Of a stretch of 64,000 bases of DNA, positions 9,462 through 18,580 are shown piece after piece (the stretch's first letter is position 1; each line of letters starts with the position of its first letter). The notes beneath the pieces are model-generated. The model was not told the DNA's origin. It saw nothing but the letters and a program-made list of their open reading frames with translations, and ran no database searches. The position numbers and the translations under genes are program-made. The DNA lies in NCBI GenBank assembly GCA_963719495.1, contig CAVRCI010000002.1:288001-352000 (forward strand), read 5' to 3'. This DNA comes from an uncultured Verrucomicrobiae bacterium (lineage in GTDB: Bacteria > Verrucomicrobiota > Verrucomicrobiia > Chthoniobacterales > JAATET01).

Positions 9462-9887
9462 TCAGAGCGAAGGTGACTTCTGGTAGTGACGAACGTAATT
9501 GTAGCGGGTCTCGAATCCCAGCTCCGGCGGGAACTCCGCGTAGCCGCAGTGGATCCAGGGAATGTCGCTGCGGTAGGGTGGCTTGTAGGTTCCAGCTGCC
9601 GTGGGGAAAGGGAAGAGGAGCGTCTCGTAGACACCGAAGCCGAGGCGGGCGAACGAGCGGCCGACACCGCGAACGAGGCCGTAGCCGAAGGCGGCGCTGT
9701 TGCCTTCCGCGTAATTCACCGAAGCGAAAGACTCGGTGAGCTCGGTGTAGCCGAAGGCGATGTTGCTGATGCCGCGACCGAGCTTGCGAGTCGGGCCGTA
9801 GTCGGAGGCGGGCGGAGCCTGAATGTCGGCGAAGGCGACGGAGGCTCCAACGGTGAGGGCAATGGCGAAGAGGGCGGGAAACTTCAT
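9462..9887 (-). CDS. exosortase-system-associated protein, TIGR04073-like
   Basis: Signal peptide, then TRKLGRGISNIAFG...R..FGVYE..LFPFP, matching the family pattern as I recall it. Confidence 0.75.
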   Translation of the reverse strand: MKFPALFAIALTVGASVAFADIQAPPASDYGPTRKLGRGISNIAFGYTELTESFASVNYAEGNSAAFGYGLVRGVGRSFARLGFGVYETLLFPFPTAAGTYKPPYRSDIPWIHCGYAEFPPELGFETRYNYVRHYQKSPSL

Positions 9888-10019
9888 GGACTTGTAGGTT
9901 TCTAGGTCGGCGGAGAATTCTCTGGCAAGCTTTTTTGCAAGCGAGTTTTTTGTTGTCGTCGGCACACCCGAGCACTTTCGACCCCAACATGGAGGGGTCG
10001 TTGGTCCCGAAAGGCTCGG

Positions 10020-10955
10020 TCAGGAAAAAAGTGCCCCGACGTGGGCGACCGTTGCGCTCGCGAGTCCGTCGAGCGCGTAGCCGCCCTCGAGAACCGAGAC
10101 GACGCGTCCGTCGCAGATGGCTTCGGCCGTTTCGCGAACGGCGAGCGTCAGGTCCGAAAAATCTTCGTCGGTGAGCTTGAAGCCGCCCAGCGGATCGCCG
10201 ACGCGGGAATCGAAACCGGCGGAGACCAGGATGAGGCCTGGTTGAAACGCGCGGACCGCCGGGAGGATGTCCCGTTCGAACGCCGTGAAGATTTCGTCGC
10301 GGCCAGCCCCGGCCGGAAACGGGCGGTTGATGGTGCGGTCGATGCCGGGCCCATCGCCGGTCTCGTAACGGGAGCCCGACCCTGGATACCACGGGCTTTG
10401 GTGGGTGCTGGCGAAGAGAACGGTGCCGTCGGCGTAGAAAATGTCCTGCGTGCCATTGCCGTGGTGCACGTCCCAGTCGAGGATCGCGACCCGCTCGATC
10501 CCGTGGGCCGCCTGGGCGTGGCGGGCGGCGACGGCGACGTGATTGAAAATGCAGAACCCCATTGCGCGGTCCGCGGTCGCGTGGTGGCCCGGCGGACGGG
10601 TCGCGCAGAACGCGGTGCGGCTGCCGCCCGAGCAGACGGCGTCGACGGCCGCGATGGCTCCGCCCGTCGCGAGCCGGGCGACGTTTCCGGAAGCGGCGGA
10701 TACGCTCACGTCGCCGCCCGCGAGTTCCCGGGCGCCGCCGTCGATGGCGGCGAGGACGGCGGCGACGTAGGCCGGGTCATGAGCGCGAGCAAGTTCGTCG
10801 AGCGTGGCTTCGCGGGCGGTGACCGGGGTCGCCAAGGCGACGAGGCCCGCGGCTTCGAGTGCGGCACGAACGGCGTCGACGCGGGCGGGCGATTCGGGGT
10901 GGCCGGGTGCGGTGGCGTGGTCTTTGAACGCGTCGTCGAGGAGGAGGGCGGGCAT
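10020..10955 (-). CDS. histone deacetylase family (AcuC/AphA-like) amidohydrolase
   Basis: Motifs HPESPAR, RPPGHHA, GFCIFN, DWDVHHGNGTQ, SAGFD and LEGGY. Confidence 0.95.
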   Translation of the reverse strand: MPALLLDDAFKDHATAPGHPESPARVDAVRAALEAAGLVALATPVTAREATLDELARAHDPAYVAAVLAAIDGGARELAGGDVSVSAASGNVARLATGGAIAAVDAVCSGGSRTAFCATRPPGHHATADRAMGFCIFNHVAVAARHAQAAHGIERVAILDWDVHHGNGTQDIFYADGTVLFASTHQSPWYPGSGSRYETGDGPGIDRTINRPFPAGAGRDEIFTAFERDILPAVRAFQPGLILVSAGFDSRVGDPLGGFKLTDEDFSDLTLAVRETAEAICDGRVVSVLEGGYALDGLASATVAHVGALFS

Positions 10956-10996
10956 GGTGAACTTGTGATTGGTGACTGGTGACTGGTGACTGGTGG
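10955..10996. repeat. period-7 tandem repeat (TGGTGAC-like, about 6 units)
   Basis: tggtgaa cttgtga ttggtga ctggtga ctggtga ctggtgg fills the gap between the PBP1A stop and the HDAC start. Confidence 0.8.
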
Positions 10997-11000
10997 GAAT

Positions 11001-12977
11001 TCAATCCGGATAGCGGGCGCCGTCCGTCGACTGGATGAAATCAACCCAGATGGGCAGCGCGAGCGTCGCGCCGTAGCCTCCCTTCATGATCGTGCGCGGG
11101 CGGTCGAAGCCGACCCACACCCCGCACGTCACGCTCCGGATGTAGCCGATGAACCACGCGTCGCGCGACTCGTCGGTCGTGCCGGTTTTGCCCGCCGCAC
11201 GGCGGCGCAGTCCCAAGCGGCTCGCACTCGCGCCGGTCCCGCGAGTCATCACGTCCGCGAGCAACGCGGACGTCTGCGCGGCGGGGCGGGAGTCGAGCAC
11301 CCGGAGCCGGGCTTCGGTCGCCTTGAAGACCGGGCGTCCGGCGGCGTTCGTGACCTCGCGGATGATGAAGGGCTGGAGCCGCGTGCCGTCGATCGCGAAG
11401 GCCGTGTAGGCGGCGGTGAGATCCTTGAGCGTCGTCTCGAACGCGCCCAGGCAGATGCTCGGGAACGCCGGGACGTCGGCGGCCAGCCCGGCGCGAACGA
11501 AGGTTTCGGCGACCGCGGGCAGCCCGGCACGGAGGCCCACGCGGACGGTCGCCGGATTGCGCGATCGGACGAGGGCGTCGGCGACGGAGATCTCGCCACC
11601 GTATTTGTCGTCGGAATTCGCGGGGTCGTAGGTCCCAAGATCGCGCGGGATTTCGCCGGCGGTGAGCCGGTTGTCGGAGACCCGATCGTTTGGCGCGAGT
11701 CCGCGCTCGAACGCCGCGGCGAAGACGAACGGTTTCACGGTCGAACCCGCCTGCCGCTCGGCCTGGAACGCCCGGTTGAACTGCCCCGGACCGTAGTCGC
11801 GCCCGCCGACGACGGCGAGGATGCCACCCGTGCGGTTGTCGATGGCGATGAGCGCGGCTTGGAGAACCTCGTTCGGGTCGGATTTCGATTCCGCTTTCGG
11901 GTGGGGAAAGCCGGGCAGCCGCTCGATGCCGGCGACGCGGTCGGCGACGATGCGGGTGGCGGCTTTTTGGAGCGCGGGGTCGATCGTGGTGGCAATGGTC
12001 AGCCCGCCGGCGTCGAGTTGGTCGGGCGTGAGCACGAGGTCGAGTTCGCGCTGGACGGTTTCCATTGCCCAACCGAAGCGGACGGTCGACGGAGGGCGCG
12101 GGGCGAGCTGGACGGCGGCGGCCTTGGCGGTTCCGAATTCCGAAGGCGTGATGAGGCCGAGGCCGCGCATGCTTTGGAGGACGAGATTGCGTTGGCGGGT
12201 CGCGGCCGGGAGGTCGTTGAACGGGGACAGGCGGGTCGGGCTGCGGATGAGTCCGGCGAGGAGGGCGGACTCCGCGAGCGTGAGGTCGGCGGCGGGTTTG
12301 CCGAAGTAGGCGCGGCTGGCAGTCTCGATGCCGTAGTAGCCCGATCCGAAGTAGATCCGGTTCACGTAGGCGGTGAGGATTTCCCGCTTGTTGAGCTCGG
12401 TCTCGATGCGGAAGGCGAGGGCGGCCTCGACGATTTTTCGCTGATACGTGCGCCCGCCGAGCGGGAAGGCATTGCGGGCGAGTTGCTGGGTGATCGTGGA
12501 GCCGCCCTGGGTGATGCCGCCGAGGAGAAGATTGCGGACGGCGGCGCGGGCGATGCCGATGGGATCGACGCCGTGGTGGGTGAAAAACCGGTTGTCCTCG
12601 CGCGAGACGAGGGCGTCGATGAAGTCGGGCGCGATCCGGGCGTAGGGGGCGACGACGCGATTCTCGCCCGCGAGGCGGCTGTAAAATTTGCCGTCCTTGT
12701 CGAGCACGACCGAGCGCTGCGGGAGTTCGTTGATGGTGCTCAGATCGAAGGTCAGGGCGTAGCCGTAGAGCGCGAGTCCGCCGAGGCCCCAGAGGACGGC
12801 GAGCGCGATGGCGAGCTTGAGGTAGGTGACGAAGCGGGAGCGCCGGCGGCGGCGGCGGGTGCGTTTCGTCGCGGCTGGTTTGCGGGACGAGGCCGGGCGT
12901 TTCGCCGGGGTCTTCTTCGCGGGACGGGGCGCGGGCTTGGACCTTTGCGAGCGTTTGGGCGGGGACTTTCTCGGCAC
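11001..12977 (-). CDS. class A penicillin-binding protein (PBP1A family)
   Basis: Transglycosylase motifs EDNRFFTHHGVD, GGSTITQQLARN, RKIVE; transpeptidase motifs STVK, SRN, KTGT. Confidence 0.95.
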   Translation of the reverse strand: MPRKSPPKRSQRSKPAPRPAKKTPAKRPASSRKPAATKRTRRRRRRSRFVTYLKLAIALAVLWGLGGLALYGYALTFDLSTINELPQRSVVLDKDGKFYSRLAGENRVVAPYARIAPDFIDALVSREDNRFFTHHGVDPIGIARAAVRNLLLGGITQGGSTITQQLARNAFPLGGRTYQRKIVEAALAFRIETELNKREILTAYVNRIYFGSGYYGIETASRAYFGKPAADLTLAESALLAGLIRSPTRLSPFNDLPAATRQRNLVLQSMRGLGLITPSEFGTAKAAAVQLAPRPPSTVRFGWAMETVQRELDLVLTPDQLDAGGLTIATTIDPALQKAATRIVADRVAGIERLPGFPHPKAESKSDPNEVLQAALIAIDNRTGGILAVVGGRDYGPGQFNRAFQAERQAGSTVKPFVFAAAFERGLAPNDRVSDNRLTAGEIPRDLGTYDPANSDDKYGGEISVADALVRSRNPATVRVGLRAGLPAVAETFVRAGLAADVPAFPSICLGAFETTLKDLTAAYTAFAIDGTRLQPFIIREVTNAAGRPVFKATEARLRVLDSRPAAQTSALLADVMTRGTGASASRLGLRRRAAGKTGTTDESRDAWFIGYIRSVTCGVWVGFDRPRTIMKGGYGATLALPIWVDFIQSTDGARYPD

Positions 12978-13022
12978 GGGACGCTTGCGAAGCTAGGGTC
13001 GCATCAAGCAAAGTCACGCGTT

Positions 13023-13715
13023 TTGAAGATCCAGATCCTGACCCTTTTTCCCGGAATCTGCCGGGGCGCGCTGGGCGAGAGTATGATGAAGCGGGCGGCT
13101 GATCGGGGTCTCGCGGAACTCGAAGCGGTCGATCTCCGGGAGTGGACCACGGGCCGGCACCGCGTCGCGGACGGGATGCCCTACGGCGGCGGTCCGGGGA
13201 TGGTCATGCGGATCGAGCCGATCCACCGGGCGCTGCGGGACCTGCGGACGCCGGATTCGCGCGTGGTGTTGATGACACCACAGGGGCGGGTTTTCGATCA
13301 GCCGAAAGCCCGGGCGGTCGCGGCGGAGGTGGGGCACCTCATTCTCATCTGCGGGCACTACGAAGGAGTCGATCAGCGGGTGGCGGAGCACCTCATCGAC
13401 GACGAATGGTCGATCGGCGACTACGTGCTGACGAATGGCGCGCTGGCGGCGTTGGTCGTGACCGATGCGGTGGTGCGGTTGCTTCCCGGGGTGCTGGGGG
13501 ACGAGGATTCGGCGGCGCAGGATTCGTTCAGCGAAGGAAGCGCCGGGATTCTGGATCATCCGCACTACACGCGACCCGAGGAATTCGAGGGCTGGCGCGT
13601 GCCGCCGGTCCTCCTGGGCGGCAATCACGCGGCGATCTCGGCGTGGCGGCGGGAGCGGGCGCTGGCGATGACGCGGGACCGGCGGCCCGATCTGCTCGGC
13701 GGCTCGGGCGATTAG
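13023..13715 (+). CDS. trmD: tRNA (guanine37-N1)-methyltransferase
   Basis: TTG start KIQILTLFP; PYGGGPGMVM; LICGHYEGVDQR; SIGDYVLTNG; HYTRP. Confidence 0.95.
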   Translation: MKIQILTLFPGICRGALGESMMKRAADRGLAELEAVDLREWTTGRHRVADGMPYGGGPGMVMRIEPIHRALRDLRTPDSRVVLMTPQGRVFDQPKARAVAAEVGHLILICGHYEGVDQRVAEHLIDDEWSIGDYVLTNGALAALVVTDAVVRLLPGVLGDEDSAAQDSFSEGSAGILDHPHYTRPEEFEGWRVPPVLLGGNHAAISAWRRERALAMTRDRRPDLLGGSGD

Positions 13716-13805
13716 TCGTCTTGGGGATCCCGGATTGGGGATTCTCCTTGAACCGACGGCCCGGCGCAAAGAGCTTCGCCGCCCCACTCAACCCCGCTTT
13801 TTCCC

Positions 13806-14531
13806 ATGTCTCGACACGATTCCCGCACTTTCGACCAACTCCGCCCCATCTCCTTCGAACCCGGGGTCGCGCCCCACGCCCTGGGCTCGGTGCTCGTCTC
13901 CGCGGGCGACACCCGCGTGATCTGCGCCGCCATGGTGGAAGAGAAAGTGCCTCGCTGGATGAAGGAACAAAACGTGAAGGGCGGCTGGATCACGGCGGAG
14001 TATTCGATGCTGCCGTATTCGACGCTCAACCGGAAACAGCGCGACGTGACCCGCGGCAAACAGGACGGGCGGGGAACTGAGATCCAGCGACTGATCGGTC
14101 GCTCGCTGCGCGCCGTTGTCGACCTCCAGGCGCTGGGCCCTCGGACGATCTGGGTCGATTGCGACGTGCTGCAGGCCGACGGCGGCACGCGGACCGCCTC
14201 GATCACCGGTGCCGCGGTTGCCATCGCGATGGCGTGCCGGGCGTTGGAGAAGGCCGGGAAGGTCAAGAGATCGCCAATCAAGCAAATGGTCGCCGCCGTG
14301 AGCGTCGGGGTCGTCGCCGACGAGATTTTCCTCGATTTGAATTACGTCGAGGACCGGGACGCCAGTGTGGACCTGAATCTCGTGATGACGGACAAATTTG
14401 AGTTCGTCGAACTCCAGGGCTCCGGCGAGGAAGCGGCGTTCTCGTCCGATCAATTGTCCGGGATGCTCGCCGTCGGCCGAAAGGGGATCGAACAGCTTCT
14501 CGCGGCCCAAATGGCTGCCCTCGGCGAATAG
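13806..14531 (+). CDS. rph: ribonuclease PH
   Basis: Motifs GWITAEYSMLP, EIQRLIGRSLR and DCDVLQADGGTRTASITG. Confidence 0.97.
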   Translation: MSRHDSRTFDQLRPISFEPGVAPHALGSVLVSAGDTRVICAAMVEEKVPRWMKEQNVKGGWITAEYSMLPYSTLNRKQRDVTRGKQDGRGTEIQRLIGRSLRAVVDLQALGPRTIWVDCDVLQADGGTRTASITGAAVAIAMACRALEKAGKVKRSPIKQMVAAVSVGVVADEIFLDLNYVEDRDASVDLNLVMTDKFEFVELQGSGEEAAFSSDQLSGMLAVGRKGIEQLLAAQMAALGE

Positions 14532-14544
14532 CCGGAAAACCCAC

Positions 14545-14573
14545 TTGACCGCCGGCACGCGGGAAAGGATAGT
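14545..14573 (+). promoter_or_regulatory. sigma70-like promoter of rpmB
   Basis: TTGACC-17 nt-GATAGT. Confidence 0.65.
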
Positions 14574-14608
14574 CCGCGTTCCTCAAATCTCACCAATTTC
14601 GAATTTCT

Positions 14609-14875
14609 ATGTCCAGACTTTGCCAAATCACCGGAGCCAAGCCGACCGTCGGAGGTCGCATCCATCGTCGCGGTCTCGCCAAGAAGAAGGGCGGCATCGG
14701 CATGCACGTCACGAAAGTCGTCAAGCGCGAGTTCGTTCCCAACCTGCGGAAGAAGCGGGTTTGGATTCCTGAGCTGAAGAAGTTCATCGTCGTCAAAGCC
14801 ACCGCCCGTGCTTTCAAGACGATCGACAAGAACGGCGCTTACCCGACCCTCAAGAAGGCCGGGATCGTCAAGTAA
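14609..14875 (+). CDS. rpmB: 50S ribosomal protein L28
   Basis: MSRLCQITG...KKKGGIG..VT...KR.F.PNL, the long PVC-type L28. Confidence 0.95.
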   Translation: MSRLCQITGAKPTVGGRIHRRGLAKKKGGIGMHVTKVVKREFVPNLRKKRVWIPELKKFIVVKATARAFKTIDKNGAYPTLKKAGIVK

Positions 14876-14927
14876 CCGAAGGTCCCGTGCGATCGCGCGG
14901 GACGCCGACTCCCCCCCCTCCGGACGA

Positions 14928-15131
14928 ATGGCCTTTACCGTCGAGAGTCAGAAATCCGGTAAGACCTACTACCTGCACCACCGGCGGCAGAAGTTGCGCG
15001 GCGGGCAGGAAGTGTCGTTGTATTACTTCGCCGGAGCGCAAGGTGAGGGGGCCATGGACGCCGTGCCCGAGGGTTACGAGGTGTCGGAGAATCAGAAGAC
15101 GGGGTTGCCGCTGCTGCGGAAGACTCGGTGA
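14928..15131 (+). CDS. small conserved hypothetical protein
   Basis: 67 aa, K.GKTYYLH...LRGG....YYFA...P.GYEV.EN..TGLP.LRK; coding-like composition. Confidence 0.75.
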   Translation: MAFTVESQKSGKTYYLHHRRQKLRGGQEVSLYYFAGAQGEGAMDAVPEGYEVSENQKTGLPLLRKTR

Positions 15132-15233
15132 GGTTGGAGTAGCTTGGGGCAGCAATGCTCGGTGCTGTTGCTGATAAACCAGCGCTCGATCCGGGGATGA
15201 CCGTGAGGCTGGATGCTGGGCTCTTTCCAAAAT

Positions 15234-15386
15234 CTGTCATGTTGAGCGAAGCGAAACATCTCTGGCTTCTCACTGCATTTTGGCGGTAGGGCGTGGTTAG
15301 GTCGTGTAAACCAGAGATTGCCTTTCCGATTGGCAATACGGAAGTGAAAGGCGGTCAATGGCTCTTCACGCTGTTCAGAATGACAG
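15234..15386 (+). repeat. ~150-bp MITE/REPIN-like element, copy 1 (family A ends)
   Basis: Imperfect terminal IR CTGTCAT...ATGACAG; close copies at 15708-15859 and, inverted, 20216-20357. Confidence 0.85.
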
Positions 15387-15562
15387 TTGGGACGATGGGC
15401 GACCTTCGGTCGCAGCGGGTCAACCAGACTTATTCAGCGTCCAGCGCGACCGCACGTTGATGTTCACCTCGTCGGCGAGGGAGGCGAGGCAAGGTTGGAG
15501 TAGCTCGGTGAGGCGTTGGGCCTATGCTTGGTTTTATGCCATTTTGAGAAAATATCTGGATT

Positions 15563-15621
15563 CTCACGCGAAGCCGCGAAAAGGTCTCATGCCCAACGTA
15601 TTCTTCGCGGCTTCGCGTGAG
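15563..15621. repeat. palindromic REP-like pair (family F)
   Basis: CTCACGCGAAGCCGCGAA ... TTCGCGGCTTCGCGTGAG, a perfect 18-bp IR. Confidence 0.8.
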
Positions 15622-15707
15622 TCTGATTATTTATTGCGTTTGGTATCATTAATCAGCGCTCGATCATGAGCCGATTGCGAGGCTTGAAACTGAGCCTTTT
15701 CCAAAAC

Positions 15708-15859
15708 CTGTCATGTTGAGCGAAGCGAAACATCTCTGGCTGCTCACTGCATTTTGGCGGTAGGCGCGGTTAGAAAATGTAAGCCAGAGACTGCCTTTTT
15801 GTTTGGCGATAAAGAAGTGAGCGGCGCTCGATGGCTCTTCACTCTGTTCAGAATGACAG
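15708..15859 (+). repeat. ~150-bp MITE/REPIN-like element, copy 2
   Basis: Direct copy of 15234-15386 including flanking sequence. Confidence 0.85.
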
Positions 15860-15930
15860 TTGGGACGATGGGCGACCTTTGGTCGCAGCGCGCCTCCCAG
15901 AAAAACGCAGCGTTCGCTGCGGCTCAGAGC

Positions 15931-16833
15931 TCAAGCCCGCGGGTGCGACTTTGCGTACGCCTGTTTGAGGCGTTCGGTCGACACGTGGGTGTAAATCTGC
16001 GTCGTCGACAGGCTGGCGTGGCCCAGGAGCGTCTGCAGGCTGCGGAGGTCGGCTCCGTTGTCGAGGAGGTGGGTGGCGAAGCTGTGACGGAGTTTATGGG
16101 GGCTCAGGGTCGCCGGTAGCCCCGTCTGGAGGAGGTATTTCTTCATCATCGCCCAGATCGAGCGGGCCGAGAGGCGGCGGCGGGATTTGTTGATGAAGAG
16201 CGGGCCGGCCTTGACGCCCGCCTTCTGCCGATAGGTCGATATGGCCGTGAGGGCCGGACCACCCACCGGGCAGACGCGTTCCTTCGAGCCCTTGCCGATC
16301 ACCCGGAGTGTTTCGGAGTAGGGGTCGACGTCGGCGACGTCGAGATCGGCGAGTTCCGAGAGGCGGAGGCCGCACGAATAAAAGAGCTCGAGGATCGCGG
16401 CGTCCCGCGAGGCGACCCACGGGGGTGCCTGTTTCTCGCGGGGAGCCGATTGCGGCGCGGCGAGAAGCTGGTCGACCTGCTGAAGCGTCAAAAAAGACGG
16501 GAGCGTCTTTTCCGGTTTTGGCAGAACAACCACCTTCAATGGGTTTGCGGCGAGGTTTTTACGTTCGACTAGGAACTTGTAGAAAGTTCGTAACGCCGCG
16601 AACGTGAGCCGGACCGTGGAACGAGCCAAGCCGCGCTTCGAGAGATCGAAAAGGAAGGCTCGGAAGTCCTCTGGCCGGGCGGCCACCCAGGTCACGGCGG
16701 GCCGGAAGCGGCGAAATTCCGCCAAGGCATGGCGGTAGGCGATGAGCGTGCGGGGCGACGAATTCCGTTCACCTTCCAGGAACACGAAGAAGGCGTCGAC
16801 CAATTGGTCGCGGTTCTTGCGGGGAGACGGCAT
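15931..16833 (-). CDS. xerC: tyrosine recombinase XerC
   Basis: Motifs ELFYSCGLRLSEL, GKGSKER, SPHKLRHSFATHLL, LLGHASLSTTQIYTH, AYAKSHPRA. Confidence 0.9.
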   Translation of the reverse strand: MPSPRKNRDQLVDAFFVFLEGERNSSPRTLIAYRHALAEFRRFRPAVTWVAARPEDFRAFLFDLSKRGLARSTVRLTFAALRTFYKFLVERKNLAANPLKVVVLPKPEKTLPSFLTLQQVDQLLAAPQSAPREKQAPPWVASRDAAILELFYSCGLRLSELADLDVADVDPYSETLRVIGKGSKERVCPVGGPALTAISTYRQKAGVKAGPLFINKSRRRLSARSIWAMMKKYLLQTGLPATLSPHKLRHSFATHLLDNGADLRSLQTLLGHASLSTTQIYTHVSTERLKQAYAKSHPRA

Positions 16834-16878
16834 GGCGGAAGGAGTCGCGGAGCACGCCCCGCAGCTGGTCTCGGCCGA

Positions 16879-18399
16879 CTAGAGCTTCCCCATCGGATTC
16901 GGAAAGGGCGGCTGGGCCGTGTCCGTGACGTGACCGGTCTTCTTCGTGTCGCGGGAGAAGCTGAGGATCGCCGAGCGTGTCTCCTCCCCATCCGGCGAGC
17001 GGGCGACGATCGGAATCTCGTAGGAATCGTTCGGAAAAACGAAGTGGTAGCGGAAGGTGCCCTCCGGGGTGAGGAGGATCTCCTCGCCGTTGATCGTGAC
17101 GGTTGCCCGCGGGTCCGTGCCGCCGTAGAAGATGACCTCCGCGTTCACGTTCATGTGAAAATCGCGGCCGGACGCCGGAGAGCTGAAGGAGGAAAGCTCC
17201 TCCGAGCCGCCGAGTCCCCAACTGGTGGTCCCCGAGCCGCCCCAGCTCGATCCAAATTGCTCCGTCCAGCTCGATTCTCCGCCGGGACCCCAACTGGAGG
17301 TTGCGGCCTCGGCCCAGCTCGACTGCACGCCCTGCAGCCAGCTGCTGAGCGTATTCGGAAAGCCGCTCGACTCGGCGGCCCCGAGCCAACTCGAGATGCC
17401 TTCCAGCGACCAGCTCGACGGTCCACTCGCACCGGACCAGCCGGAGGCGGATGAGAGATTGTCGAAACTGCTTCCGCCGCCCAACGCGTGGGTCCAACTC
17501 TGCGTCGCCGCCCGCAGCCAGCTGGAAACTTCCTCCGGCGACCACGATGAGAACGTCGCGAGCAGCTCGCTGGCAAAGGCACCCGACGAGAGCGATCCCG
17601 AAGCGAGACCACCGCTGGAGACGTCTCCGGACCAGGCGCCGCCGGACGACCCGCCTCGGAACGAAGCGAGGGCCTCCGATCCCATCCGGTCGGTCAGCAA
17701 TGACTGGAGGCGGGAGTGCAATTCTTCGGAGCCGAGGGGGGAACTGGAAAGCTCGGCGAGCAATGCCGGACCCGCGAGAGCGGCGAGGAGCGCCAGTGGA
17801 TCGAGGTCCGCCAAGGCGGTGTCCCCGGGCAGGCCGAACATGGAGAAATCGCCCTCGCGCTGCATGCGCGCAACGGTCTCGACGGGGTTCTCGGCGAGCT
17901 GAGCAGCCGCGCCCAGATTGTCGATGAGACGTTGGAAACCCAGGTGAAACGGGACGGTCGCGAACGCGAAATCGTACGACTGGGACATTCCTTCCTGGGG
18001 AGTCCTCACGGTGACCGAGCGGGCAATGCTCTTCCAATCGCTCCCTCGGTAGAAGCCGATCTCGACGCTGTATTCCGAGCCGGCGTGACTGACCGGGATG
18101 TACCAATTGCGGGTCTCGAACGGCACCTCGACCTCACCTTCGAACTCGTCGGGGCCTCGAAAATAGCGCAGCAGGGCGGGTCCGCCCGGGTGGTGGGCAA
18201 TGTCGATGTCCCAGTAACAGAAAAGCCAATGCGGCTCCTGGGCGATCAGGAAGATCGTGTCATCGTCGTAGCGGCGGGGAAGTTCGCCGAGGTTTTCGAA
18301 TTCGGAACCATCCGGGATTGCCGCCGCAGGAGAGTCGAGGGCGACGTCGACGTCAGCTCCCCGGGGATTTTGGGCGGTGTTCTCGGATTGCTTGGCCAT
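16879..18399 (-). CDS. DUF4912-type protein with a Ser/Trp/Gly octapeptide-repeat region
   Basis: N-domain LPRRYDDDTIFLIAQEPHWLFCYWD...RNWYI...EIGFY...IARS..V.TP; C-domain MNVNAEVIFYGGTDP...GTF.YHF.FP. Confidence 0.8.
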   Translation of the reverse strand: MAKQSENTAQNPRGADVDVALDSPAAAIPDGSEFENLGELPRRYDDDTIFLIAQEPHWLFCYWDIDIAHHPGGPALLRYFRGPDEFEGEVEVPFETRNWYIPVSHAGSEYSVEIGFYRGSDWKSIARSVTVRTPQEGMSQSYDFAFATVPFHLGFQRLIDNLGAAAQLAENPVETVARMQREGDFSMFGLPGDTALADLDPLALLAALAGPALLAELSSSPLGSEELHSRLQSLLTDRMGSEALASFRGGSSGGAWSGDVSSGGLASGSLSSGAFASELLATFSSWSPEEVSSWLRAATQSWTHALGGGSSFDNLSSASGWSGASGPSSWSLEGISSWLGAAESSGFPNTLSSWLQGVQSSWAEAATSSWGPGGESSWTEQFGSSWGGSGTTSWGLGGSEELSSFSSPASGRDFHMNVNAEVIFYGGTDPRATVTINGEEILLTPEGTFRYHFVFPNDSYEIPIVARSPDGEETRSAILSFSRDTKKTGHVTDTAQPPFPNPMGKL

Positions 18400-18580
18400 G
18401 ATTACTTGGTGATTTTCCGCTGCGTGTTGTTTCGTTACCAGCTGGGCACGAGCGATTTTCAACTTCCGGCCCGACAAAATGCATCCCGAGCGTCCCACGA
18501 CAATGCAAAAGTCGTGCCAGCTGGATAAATTTTCACAGGTCCCCTTGAAAAGCGGGGATGACCTCCTACCTTTTCATCCC

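Noticed and set aside
9923..9940. TGGCAAGCTTTTTTGCA as a sigma54 promoter
   Set aside because: GG-to-GC spacing is 11 rather than 10, and it points antisense to the neighbouring genes.
10986..13022. 909-aa ORF appearing to give TrmD a huge N-terminal extension
   Set aside because: The extension is the stop-poor antisense frame of PBP1A; TrmD homology starts at TTG 13023.
15131..16833. Tyrosine recombinase next to repeats read as an integron or CRISPR array
   Set aside because: The protein has XerC-type motifs and length with no integron-integrase insert. The repeats are REP/MITE-like, with no cassette ORFs, no regular spacers and no cas genes.
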